Assembly (NCBI GenBank): GCA_043719495.1
Contig: JAYSTT010000250.1
Location: forward strand, 1 to 47,691
Reading direction: 5' to 3'
Length of the DNA: 47,691 bases
Source of the DNA: Ferruginibacter sp.
GTDB taxonomy: Bacteria > Bacteroidota > Bacteroidia > Chitinophagales > Chitinophagaceae
Position numbers and translations under genes: made by a program. The notes beneath the pieces are model-generated. The model ran no database searches. It was not told where the DNA came from and worked only from the letters and a program-made list of their open reading frames with translations. Below are positions 8,782-18,069 of the stretch, piece after piece (within the stretch, counting starts at the first letter, position 1; every line of letters starts with the position of its first letter).

Positions 8782-10091
8782 TATGAAGCCAATATTTCTT
8801 TTAGTTTTGTTTCGGCCACCCGAATAGTTTCATTTACATTCAAAGTTCCATCCAAAATATAAGATGTGTTAACAATATAAACATTGGGTATTGAAGTGGA
8901 TATAGCCGGTAAATTTATAGAATAGTCTTTAGTTAAAACAGTAATTACATGTTTTGCCCTGGCAACTCCTACAAATTTTATATTATCATCTGTTAGCCAT
9001 AGATACATTTTTTTAAAATTTGAGATAAAGAACTGTTTTATCTCTTCGTCAGAAAAATTAAATAATGGATCAGTTGGGCTTAAATATTTAGGTAAATAAA
9101 CCAAATTATTATTATCAAAATGTTTTTTATCTACCAGTGCTGACATTTCTATAACTCCTGTAAAAGGCACCCAAGAATCTGTGATATTTGTAACATAAAA
9201 CTGGCTGATAGGCTTATCTAATAAAACAGCTACGCAAATAACACCCAGATAATTTATGTTAGTCAGCTTCAGTATTTCTGATTCAGAAAGCCCATTACAT
9301 AATTTTGCAGAAAGCCCGGAAGGCAAGGTAGAAATTACTTTATCAAACTGCTCTATTGCCCCATCATTGAAAGTAATTTGACATTTACCATTACCCGCTG
9401 CGATTATTTCTTTTGCAATATAATTGGTTTTAATTTCAACTCCCTCTGCAATTAGCTTTTGTTTAAATGCTTCTATAATTATTTTATAACCCCCGGGTAC
9501 ATATCCAAACATTTCTTTTTTTAAACCGCTGCGCCTTGCTCCATATAAACGTTGAATAGTTGCCCATATAAAAACTGCTGAGGTCTTTGTATAGCTTTCT
9601 CCAAGTTTAGCCCTTAGTAAGGGTAACCATATTTTATTAAAAGTATTGGAGCCAGACCATTTTTTCAACCAATCTGTAACGGTTATTTTTTCCAGTTTTT
9701 TCCAGTTTTTTATCCTTGAAGCGACTAAAATAGTAAGGCCAAGACGAAACTTATCAATTAAATTAAGTGTGGGAAATTTTAAAAACTCTACTGTATCTGA
9801 CATGGAATAGAGTTTTCCATTCATATAAAAACCAGTCTTTGTTTCTACCCAATCTATTTTATCATCCAGCCCTAATTCTTTTAAAATACCCCGTGTGCCA
9901 AAGTCTGATAAAAGGATTACATGATAAAATTTGTCCCATTCCACATTATCCATTTTCCAGGAACTAGCAAGTCCGCCCAGTTCAGGAGCAGCTTCAAATA
10001 AGGTTACTTTTTTTCCCTGTTGGTTTAAACGAAGGGCCAGGGTCATTCCCATAATACCACCACCAACTACCCCGTATTTTTCTGAGTGCAT
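8781..10091 (-). CDS. FAD-dependent oxidoreductase (protoporphyrinogen oxidase/amine oxidase-like fold)
   Basis: VVGGGIMG dinucleotide motif, FEAAPELGGLA, DKFYHVI, FGYVPGG. Confidence 0.85.
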   Translation of the reverse strand: MHSEKYGVVGGGIMGMTLALRLNQQGKKVTLFEAAPELGGLASSWKMDNVEWDKFYHVILLSDFGTRGILKELGLDDKIDWVETKTGFYMNGKLYSMSDTVEFLKFPTLNLIDKFRLGLTILVASRIKNWKKLEKITVTDWLKKWSGSNTFNKIWLPLLRAKLGESYTKTSAVFIWATIQRLYGARRSGLKKEMFGYVPGGYKIIIEAFKQKLIAEGVEIKTNYIAKEIIAAGNGKCQITFNDGAIEQFDKVISTLPSGLSAKLCNGLSESEILKLTNINYLGVICVAVLLDKPISQFYVTNITDSWVPFTGVIEMSALVDKKHFDNNNLVYLPKYLSPTDPLFNFSDEEIKQFFISNFKKMYLWLTDDNIKFVGVARAKHVITVLTKDYSINLPAISTSIPNVYIVNTSYILDGTLNVNETIRVAETKLKEILAS

Positions 10092-10116
10092 TTATATTAA
10101 TTTTCGCTAGTTAGGA

Positions 10117-11085
10117 TTAAATAATAAACTGCTTTTGCCAATCAATAGTTACTTTCAAGCCCTGCTCCAATTCCCATTGAGGCTTAAAATTAAGTGTTGT
10201 GCAAAGTTTTGAAATGTCAGGCACCCTTCTCATTACGTCTTCGTAATTACCAAAAGTGGAGTATGGGATATAATTAAGCTTAGGCTCATCGTCTTTTCCA
10301 TTAACCATTTTCCAAATTAAAATTGCCAGGTCTTTTATTGTTATTTCGGCATTTGATTTTGGGCCAGTGTTAAATATTTCATTATCCGATTTGTCGTTTT
10401 CAATACATGCCACCAATGCATTTACTGTGTCATCAACATAAGTAAATGTTCTGGTTTGAGAACCATCGCCATGTATATCTATCGTTTCTTTTTTAAATGC
10501 TTTTTCTATAAAAACCGATTGAGGCCCACCCCACCAGGTTAGGTTTTGATTAATACCATAGGAGCCAAAAAAACGTGTAATGGTATATCTTAAATCATAT
10601 TCGTCATGATTGGCAATAATATATTGTTCTCCATACATTTTAGAGAGGGCATAAGCCCAGCGTTTTACAGTAGTTGGGCCCATAACTAAATCCGAAGTTT
10701 CTGCAAAAGGGATATTTGGATTTTTCCCGTATACATCAGAAGTGGAGGCAAATAAAATTTTAGATTTATCCATATTACACTTATGCACTACATTTCTCAG
10801 CATCAGGTAATTTTCTTCAAGCGTTCTTAATGCATTGGTATATCTTGGTATTTTTTGAGAAGCAAGGTGAACGATAATATCTGCTTTAACATCTTTAAGA
10901 ATGAGAGGGTTGGCAATATCTCCCATAAAAAATTCGAATTTTTTATCCTCTTTTATGGGTTCTATATTTCGTAAAAAACCATAATTAAGGTTATCAATTC
11001 CGATTACGGTATGCCCTTTTTCCAATAATTTTTTTGCAAGGTTTGAGCCAATAAAACCAGCTACACCTGTTATTAATACTTTCAT
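10117..11085 (-). CDS. NAD-dependent epimerase/dehydratase (UDP-glucuronate decarboxylase/ArnA-C-like extended SDR)
   Basis: TGVAGFIGS, ASTSDVYGK, RWAYALSK (YxxxK), GDGSQTRTF, RRVPDI. Confidence 0.88.
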   Translation of the reverse strand: MKVLITGVAGFIGSNLAKKLLEKGHTVIGIDNLNYGFLRNIEPIKEDKKFEFFMGDIANPLILKDVKADIIVHLASQKIPRYTNALRTLEENYLMLRNVVHKCNMDKSKILFASTSDVYGKNPNIPFAETSDLVMGPTTVKRWAYALSKMYGEQYIIANHDEYDLRYTITRFFGSYGINQNLTWWGGPQSVFIEKAFKKETIDIHGDGSQTRTFTYVDDTVNALVACIENDKSDNEIFNTGPKSNAEITIKDLAILIWKMVNGKDDEPKLNYIPYSTFGNYEDVMRRVPDISKLCTTLNFKPQWELEQGLKVTIDWQKQFII

Positions 11086-11138
11086 GATCTAATTAGGATT
11101 ATATATAAAATTAACTGTATTATTTTTATTTTTATTTT

Positions 11139-12530
11139 TTAATATGCATTTTTATTTCCTTTAAAAACATGGTAGACTGTTAAAAAGAGAATTTGTAAAT
11201 CAAGCCATAAACTCCAGTTTTCAAGATACCATAAATCTTTAATAACCCTCATTTGAATTTGCTCAGGATTGCTAATTTCTCCTCTGAACCCATTTACCTG
11301 CGCCCATCCTGTTATGCCCGGCTTTAAAAACTGCCGTACCATATATTCATCTACAATCTTTGAATAGTCATTTGTATGTTTAAGCATGTGTGGCCTAGGT
11401 CCTACCAAACTCATATTTCCTATAAATACATTTATAAATTGCGGAAATTCGTCAAGACTGGTTCTTCTGATAAATTTTCCAATTTTTGTAACCCTGCCAT
11501 CGTTTGCTGTAGCCTGCTTAATATCAGCATCAGTATTCTTTCTCATACTCCTGAATTTATAACAATAGAATGGTTTTTTATTTTTTCCGGTTCTTAATTG
11601 TGAAAAGAAAACAGGGCCTTTTGATTCTATTAAAATTAATATTCCTAATACCGGCACTAACCATGATAAAATGAAAATTATCACCAGAAAACTTACAATT
11701 ATATCCAATGCCCTTTTCTTTATGCGGTTTCCAACATCATCCAATGGTTCACTGCGTAAAGAAAGTATAGGTAAATCTCCAAAGTATTCAATATGTATAT
11801 CTCTTGTAATAAATACGGAAAGATTGGGCACAATTTTAAAGCGGATACATTCCTTTTCGGACTGATACATTAACTCATAAATATCTTTATTTTGCTCGGG
11901 TGTAATAGTTGAAAATATTTCAGCAACATCATATTCCTTAGCAATCTGCAATGCTCTGCTTACATCGGTTATTATTGGATAGTGAGATAATTCATGTACA
12001 TTTTTATCATCTTCAATATATCCTATCAGTTGAGTATTAATTCCATCCTCTTCAAAATATTTTGCCAGTTTTTTTGCAGTGTCATTATACCCTAGAATTA
12101 ACACTTTTTTAATCAGGTAATGGCTATTTTTAAAATATTTTTTTATACCCAAATATAAAAACCTATTAACCAATAAACCCATACCGAAAGAAATCATGCT
12201 GGAAATAATAAATATTCTTGAAATTTTTAACTCCCGTGAAAAGAACAGGTAAAAAAGCATACAAATAATCCATACTAAATAAACCTGTGTGGTAGTTCTT
12301 GTAAAATTTTCAAAATTTAAAATTATTTTGTCAGCATAATTTCTTAAGAAAAAAGAAAGTAATAACCATGAAGCAACAGATATGGTCCAATATTGAAAAT
12401 AAACACTCCATAAATCTGAAGGTATGCTTTCAGTTAGAAATATTTTACATAAAAAGTAGGCTAAAATCAATACAAATAAATCTAATGCAATAAGCATTAT
12501 TTGTAAGTATCTTTCAAACTGCCTGTTCAT
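11139..12530 (-). CDS. wcaJ: Undecaprenyl-phosphate glucose phosphotransferase (priming glycosyltransferase)
   Basis: N-terminal TMs; KRALDI, YKFRSM, SLDEFPQFINV, MSLVGPRP, KPGITGWAQVNG. Confidence 0.9.
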   Translation of the reverse strand: MNRQFERYLQIMLIALDLFVLILAYFLCKIFLTESIPSDLWSVYFQYWTISVASWLLLSFFLRNYADKIILNFENFTRTTTQVYLVWIICMLFYLFFSRELKISRIFIISSMISFGMGLLVNRFLYLGIKKYFKNSHYLIKKVLILGYNDTAKKLAKYFEEDGINTQLIGYIEDDKNVHELSHYPIITDVSRALQIAKEYDVAEIFSTITPEQNKDIYELMYQSEKECIRFKIVPNLSVFITRDIHIEYFGDLPILSLRSEPLDDVGNRIKKRALDIIVSFLVIIFILSWLVPVLGILILIESKGPVFFSQLRTGKNKKPFYCYKFRSMRKNTDADIKQATANDGRVTKIGKFIRRTSLDEFPQFINVFIGNMSLVGPRPHMLKHTNDYSKIVDEYMVRQFLKPGITGWAQVNGFRGEISNPEQIQMRVIKDLWYLENWSLWLDLQILFLTVYHVFKGNKNAY

Positions 12531-12641
12531 ATCAGTAAATTAATAATGGCATTTTATTTGTTTCAGAAATAAATTTTGGACTTGTATAAGTAACTTGATA
12601 AAATATACTTAAGTTTTACATTATATTATTATGCACTTCTT

Positions 12642-13733
12642 TTATTCATAAAGTTTAGTTATAATACCAATTATTCTTTCAGAAGTATGCCCGTCCCAAA
12701 AAGTTGGTATCTGACCTTTTTTCCATCCCCCATCAATAATTTTTTTGAGACAAGGCTTTAATTTATCAATATCATCACCAATTAATTCATTTGTTCCGAT
12801 GATAACTGTCTCTGGCCTTTCAGTTGAATTACGTAATGTTAAACATGGTACATGCAATACCGTTGCCTCTTCAGTTATTCCACCAGAATCTGTAATAATT
12901 CCTTTTGCATTTTTTATCAGATACATAAATTCAAGATATCCCTGCGGATCAATCATCAATATTCCTTTGTCACTAATCTTAAATTTATCAATGATTTGCC
13001 GTGTTCTCGGATGCACAGGAAAAACAATTGACAAACCCATTGCAGCCTCTTCAATAGCTGCAAGGATAGATGCCAGTTTTTGAGGGTCATCCACATTTGA
13101 TGGCCTGTGCAATGTTACCAGAAAATAGCCACCCTGCTTCAAATTATTTTTATCCCAAAAATTCGGTTTTTGTATCCTTTCAATATTTTGAAATAATGTA
13201 TCAATCATGGTATTACCCACGAAAAATATATTTTTGTCTGCAATACCGTTTTTATTCAGTTGCAAATTGGCTTGTTCACTTGTTGTAAAAAAATAATCGC
13301 ATAAAGAATCTGTCACAATACGGTTGATCTCCTCAGGCATTGTCATGTCACCCGATCTTATTCCTGCTTCCACATGTGTAGTATCAACACACATTTTTTT
13401 TGCAGTAATGGTACAGGCCATGGTAGAAGTAACATCACCCACAACTAAAACCAGGTTTGGCCTGTGAGCAATTAATTCCTGTTCAAACTTAACCATTATG
13501 GCTGCTGTTTGTTCTGCCTGAGTACCACCGCCACATTCCAGATTGGTATCTGGCTCCGGAATGCCTAGCTGTTCAAAAAAATCGGCGCTCATTTTTTTAT
13601 CATAATGCTGTCCGGTATGTACCAATCTGTATTGTATGTTTTTGCCAGCGGCCTGTGCTGATTTAATTGCCTTAATAATCGGGGCAATTTTCATAAAATT
13701 AGGCCTTGCACCAGCAATTAAAGTAATATTCAT
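12642..13733 (-). CDS. wecB: UDP-N-acetylglucosamine 2-epimerase (non-hydrolysing), copy 1
   Basis: GARPNFMK, HTGQHYD, HVEAGIRS, PEEINR, TDSGGITEEA, TERPET. Confidence 0.92.
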   Translation of the reverse strand: MNITLIAGARPNFMKIAPIIKAIKSAQAAGKNIQYRLVHTGQHYDKKMSADFFEQLGIPEPDTNLECGGGTQAEQTAAIMVKFEQELIAHRPNLVLVVGDVTSTMACTITAKKMCVDTTHVEAGIRSGDMTMPEEINRIVTDSLCDYFFTTSEQANLQLNKNGIADKNIFFVGNTMIDTLFQNIERIQKPNFWDKNNLKQGGYFLVTLHRPSNVDDPQKLASILAAIEEAAMGLSIVFPVHPRTRQIIDKFKISDKGILMIDPQGYLEFMYLIKNAKGIITDSGGITEEATVLHVPCLTLRNSTERPETVIIGTNELIGDDIDKLKPCLKKIIDGGWKKGQIPTFWDGHTSERIIGIITKLYE

Positions 13734-13790
13734 TATAATAAAGTTTTACCAAGGAAATTTGAACTTTTGCTTAACGTATTAAAAAAGTAA

Positions 13791-14540
13791 TTATTTTATC
13801 TTAAATACCTGTTTCCATTTTTCTTTCCCTATCAGGTAAATAAACTCCGAATTGCCAAACAAATACCGCTTCCACATGCGTCGGGGTTCCTGTAACACCC
13901 TGTAAAACCATTCTAATCCCCAACGTTGCATCCATCGTGGCGCCCGCTTTACCAAACCTGATACAACATCAAAACTTCCTCCAACGCCCATGATAAAAGG
14001 GGTTTGAATAAGATTTTTATATGTATTTAAGAAGATCTCCTTTTTTGGTGAACTCATAGCTACAAAAAGAATATTTGCCCCGGAATCGGCAATTTGTTTA
14101 GCTACTGTTTCTTCCTCTTCCTTTGTAAAATATCCATTGCGGTAACCCGCAATCACCTCTTTACTGTATATTTTGGTATATACTTCAACCACTTCTTTCA
14201 CCACTTCTTCTTTTGCGCCTAAAAAAAAGATCCGGTACTTTTTTTTAGCAGCTAGCTTTACCAGATTTTGCATCACATCAATACCCGCCACCCGTTCGGG
14301 CAATGGACAATTCAAAAACCGGGATGCCCAAACAATTGCCTGGCCATCTGCATTAATAATATCACAATCAACAATGGAATCCCTCAGTGCCTTATCCTTT
14401 TGTGCATTCACCACTTTTGCGGCGTTAATAACTACATGATGTATAGCCCTGTTTTCAGCAATTGCTTTATCAATCAAACTAATGGTTTCCTGCATGGTAA
14501 ATGCATCTACAGGAATATTACAAATACTAATTCTGCTCAC
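13791..14540 (-). CDS. WecG/TagA/CpsF family glycosyltransferase (GT26)
   Basis: NADG, ERVAGID, SPKKE, MGVGGSFD, RAP, GLEW.YR..QEPRR.W.RY. Confidence 0.92.
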   Translation of the reverse strand: MSRISICNIPVDAFTMQETISLIDKAIAENRAIHHVVINAAKVVNAQKDKALRDSIVDCDIINADGQAIVWASRFLNCPLPERVAGIDVMQNLVKLAAKKKYRIFFLGAKEEVVKEVVEVYTKIYSKEVIAGYRNGYFTKEEEETVAKQIADSGANILFVAMSSPKKEIFLNTYKNLIQTPFIMGVGGSFDVVSGLVKRAPRWMQRWGLEWFYRVLQEPRRMWKRYLFGNSEFIYLIGKEKWKQVFKIK

Positions 14541-15702
14541 TGATTTCTAATTTTATGTAAGTAGATAAGGCATAAAACATCCATGCCTGGGCCCAACGCA
14601 TGTATGCTATTTTTGATGAAAAATATTTATTGATCTGGTAATAAAAAAAACCTTTGTCAGATTGCATCTTGGATATGGTCCAGAGCAAAACAGTGTCCAT
14701 TATAACTTTTTGTTCGTTAAATTTCCCCAGTTTTGCTATAGTAATCACCAGTTGGGCCGGGGCATGTATGTCTACCGGGTAAATGGAATTATTATAGTAT
14801 TTAGGAATACCTTCTTTTGTAAAAAAAGTTTTGATATAGTAATCAAACCCCTTTGTAACATGATTTTCATAAGCATGATCGCCTGAAAATTTCATATAAT
14901 CAGCAATACATTCTAAATTATACCCGGTGTGAAAATTGTCGATCCATTGATGAAAAGATAGTGTACCATAGCCCCATGATCCATCATCCTTCTGGTACTT
15001 GCAACAAAATTCCACCGACTTTTTTGCTTCTTCGATCAATTTCTTTTCGCCGGTAAAACTATATATCCTTGCTAAAAGCCTGCTGCCCAGCAACGATGCA
15101 TTAAACACCACGCTTTTATCCAAAGGAGAATATGAAAAAGAAAAATTCCCTTCGTTATCTGTTGTTCTGTTCAGATCTTTTAAAATAAAATCACAAGTGC
15201 TTCTTGCAGTTTTAAGTAATGCATCATCCTTTGTTATTTCGTAAGCATCCAAAAAAGCGCTGCCGATAAAAACCGAAGCCACCACTGTTGGTGTATGTTT
15301 GGGTTGAAAAAAAGCTCTTGCCTGCCAATCGAAATTATATCCCCAGCATGCGCCGCTCCAGTTGGTATTTTTTAATTCCTGCAATCTTGCGGCAAAAAAA
15401 TAAATTTTATCAAGATACTCCTGCTTCGGATCTATTGAATATAAATTGCAATAACTGGAAAGAAACAAACCTAATGCTTTTGGATTGTATTCTTTTTTTA
15501 TACCTGTTATCTTACGCAGGTTAACAGGTGAACGCTTATAGGTTTGTATCCATGCTAAACGTGCGATACGGCTTTTCGAAATACCCGGAATCGCATTAAA
15601 CACACTACTATTTAAACCATCATATGGATCATAACCTTTAAATTCTTCGCTTTCGCAATATGCCCTTAACCTGTTCAAAGACTCAGTAAATTCTTTGTTC
15701 AA
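14527..15702 (-). CDS. Uncharacterised alpha/alpha-toroid (six-hairpin-like) protein of polysaccharide loci
   Basis: Repeated helical/aromatic motifs GYDPYDGL, WGYNFDWQ, Q..DGSW.Y, IDNFHTGY, MRWAQAW; no signal peptide. Confidence 0.6.
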   Translation of the reverse strand: MNKEFTESLNRLRAYCESEEFKGYDPYDGLNSSVFNAIPGISKSRIARLAWIQTYKRSPVNLRKITGIKKEYNPKALGLFLSSYCNLYSIDPKQEYLDKIYFFAARLQELKNTNWSGACWGYNFDWQARAFFQPKHTPTVVASVFIGSAFLDAYEITKDDALLKTARSTCDFILKDLNRTTDNEGNFSFSYSPLDKSVVFNASLLGSRLLARIYSFTGEKKLIEEAKKSVEFCCKYQKDDGSWGYGTLSFHQWIDNFHTGYNLECIADYMKFSGDHAYENHVTKGFDYYIKTFFTKEGIPKYYNNSIYPVDIHAPAQLVITIAKLGKFNEQKVIMDTVLLWTISKMQSDKGFFYYQINKYFSSKIAYMRWAQAWMFYALSTYIKLEISEQN

Positions 15703-15742
15703 TATTTTTCAGTTTGATAAAGAGATAAATTTATTTTTTTCT

Positions 15743-16864
15743 CTATTGTTTCAGGATATGGAAAGCAATATGATTACTCAGCCATGGGTGAATTTCATAA
15801 AACGTAACACCTGCTTCTTTTTTATTTTCTTTAGGCACAAAATTACTACTGCCGGCAAGTTGTATTGCTGCTATAACTCTTTCCGGCATTTTCTTTTTTA
15901 GGATATCTCTTATCCCCTTAACGCTTTTGGCTTTGCTGTAATCACAGGGATAATACCCTAAAATGGCACCAGAGTCGACGCCCTGTTCGATAAAATGTAT
16001 TGTTGGAATAACGGGTATATTAAACAGGATTGAATAACTAATAGTTGATTTCCCCCTTAGCATCGGAAGATAGCCCCAGTGGTCATTGAGTAATCCTTTT
16101 TTGAAAGCATTGAAAATATTACTTTTTATAATGAAATTCAGCTTGTGAAAACCTATATCAAAATTGCCTTCCCTAAGCACCTGGCCAATCGTTTCATCCT
16201 TGGGATCAAAATCGAGTGTACGATAAGAATAAAAATTACCGGATAGTAATGTTAGCATTTTAACCGGTATCGGTAACTTCAAAAAACTGTTGATCCGGCG
16301 GTTAGGGTGATAAGGTAAAAAGAACTGCTCAACATGATGGCCTTCATTTTTTAATCTTTTTATGATACTGCCAAAAAACGGTGGAAACCCCACCAAGCCT
16401 ACCTTAAGAGAAATCTTAGTTTTTTCACCAGTGCTATTGGAATTACTGCTTGCCGTATCTAAAACGTATTGATTCAATTGGTCCGGTGGCTTGTGGTGTC
16501 CTTTTTTGTCGAGGTTTGCATTGAATCTTTCCATGCAAACTTCATTCAAAGTTTTGTCCGTATCATTTTCCTTATAAAACCAGAGGAATTCATTAAGATA
16601 CCTGATATCATCAGTTGATAAATAACCTATTGAAAGGAAGTTCAAGACCCTTGATCTTTCGGCTGCTGTTAATGGTTTCTTTCGTTTATAATGAACCCTG
16701 AAAAGTAATTCTTCAAAATGTGCAGGTGCAATGATAAAACTGTTTTTCATTGACCCCCAATCAATATTTTCTTTTGCCAGCAATGCTGCAATATCCAGGT
16801 TTATTCCGTTCAATTGAAACGCTTCTTCATTGATCGACACATTGGTGCCAGTAACCTGCATCAT
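15743..16864 (-). CDS. N10-formyl-THF-dependent formyltransferase-domain protein with an extra N-terminal region
   Basis: LLNDHWGYLPMLRG (N-x-H...LP..RG) and TIHFIEQGVDSGAIL. Confidence 0.75.
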   Translation of the reverse strand: MMQVTGTNVSINEEAFQLNGINLDIAALLAKENIDWGSMKNSFIIAPAHFEELLFRVHYKRKKPLTAAERSRVLNFLSIGYLSTDDIRYLNEFLWFYKENDTDKTLNEVCMERFNANLDKKGHHKPPDQLNQYVLDTASSNSNSTGEKTKISLKVGLVGFPPFFGSIIKRLKNEGHHVEQFFLPYHPNRRINSFLKLPIPVKMLTLLSGNFYSYRTLDFDPKDETIGQVLREGNFDIGFHKLNFIIKSNIFNAFKKGLLNDHWGYLPMLRGKSTISYSILFNIPVIPTIHFIEQGVDSGAILGYYPCDYSKAKSVKGIRDILKKKMPERVIAAIQLAGSSNFVPKENKKEAGVTFYEIHPWLSNHIAFHILKQ

Positions 16865-17980
16865 TTAAGCAGTTTTTAATTTTATTATACTTTTCTCATT
16901 ATCTATCTCCTTTAAAAAATCACTAAGGCTGCTGAATTCTGCAATATCACCATATTTTTCCAAAACATAAGAGAGAAATCTTTCGATATCACTGTAATAA
17001 TTATTGTATTGCTTGGTATGGCACTCAATTAAAATGGGTATTCTTTCAAAGGAAGTAACTGAAAGGCGATTGATAACCTGGTCAAAACTTGCTTTTAAAT
17101 AACTGAAAGGCTGGTTACCGATTTTAAGGTGTGTTTTATAATTAATGAAAGGAAATTTTGGTTTCGAATCCTCCGCAAGGGGAGATAGTTCATTGATCTT
17201 TGACGGTAAATGGTCATTATAATAGTGACGCATAGCATCTTTCTTCGAAATCTTTCTCTTGAACATATCAGCAGCCAAAAAACTGAGTCCTTTTATTCCA
17301 GGAGTTACTGTTTGCAAAGGAATTATAATAATTTCCTTTTTCACAAGTGAAATTTTACAGATATCATTATAATCAGGATAATAAGGCATCGTAGCTTCTT
17401 CAAGCGTAGTGTAATCCACTCCGTTACTGGGTAAACTCATTCCCTCCCGAACCCCCATAACTATTCTTATGCCGTGTTTCTCCATATTTCTCAAAAGGTC
17501 ACCCGAAGGCTGAAGGCCCCATGAACCTCCTTTGTAGGCAATCACTTTATAATTGGGATCGACTGGTATGAGAAGATCTTCGAGATAATTTACTGCCTCT
17601 CGGATCAGGCCATCTTGTGTGGCATAACCATACTTTCCAAAATTCCAGTTATTATTCAAATAAAAGAAATCGCCTTTGAGATTCGCATTCATCCATTGCG
17701 GGTGCAGGTGCAGCTGTACATCAAAGCCGTAATGTTTCATCAGCAACACTGTATCATCCCAGAGATTTTTTTGCAGCTTCAGGTTATAATCTGATTGCAC
17801 ATGATTGTTATACACCAATTGCTGTACAACATCTACCATAAATGTAAGCTTTATCCCAAGGCGATTGGCCAGTTTCATAAAAAATAAAGAGGGCAGGTAT
17901 TGCAGTTGAGCCACATTACCAAGGCCATTTCCCATCAATTCCCAATCATCTTCAATCAAAATATTGAACCGTTTTTTCAT
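16865..17980 (-). CDS. Polysaccharide deacetylase-like barrel protein
   Basis: EDDWELMGNG, LTFMVD, DVQLHLHPQW, AYKGGSW. Confidence 0.7.
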   Translation of the reverse strand: MKKRFNILIEDDWELMGNGLGNVAQLQYLPSLFFMKLANRLGIKLTFMVDVVQQLVYNNHVQSDYNLKLQKNLWDDTVLLMKHYGFDVQLHLHPQWMNANLKGDFFYLNNNWNFGKYGYATQDGLIREAVNYLEDLLIPVDPNYKVIAYKGGSWGLQPSGDLLRNMEKHGIRIVMGVREGMSLPSNGVDYTTLEEATMPYYPDYNDICKISLVKKEIIIIPLQTVTPGIKGLSFLAADMFKRKISKKDAMRHYYNDHLPSKINELSPLAEDSKPKFPFINYKTHLKIGNQPFSYLKASFDQVINRLSVTSFERIPILIECHTKQYNNYYSDIERFLSYVLEKYGDIAEFSSLSDFLKEIDNEKSIIKLKTA

Positions 17981-18069
17981 TTTTAAGCCTGGGTTATTTA
18001 AAATACAAAGTAATATGAAAAATTAAAACGAATTTTTCGAATCTTTAATATGTAATAGGCCAACTTTTT

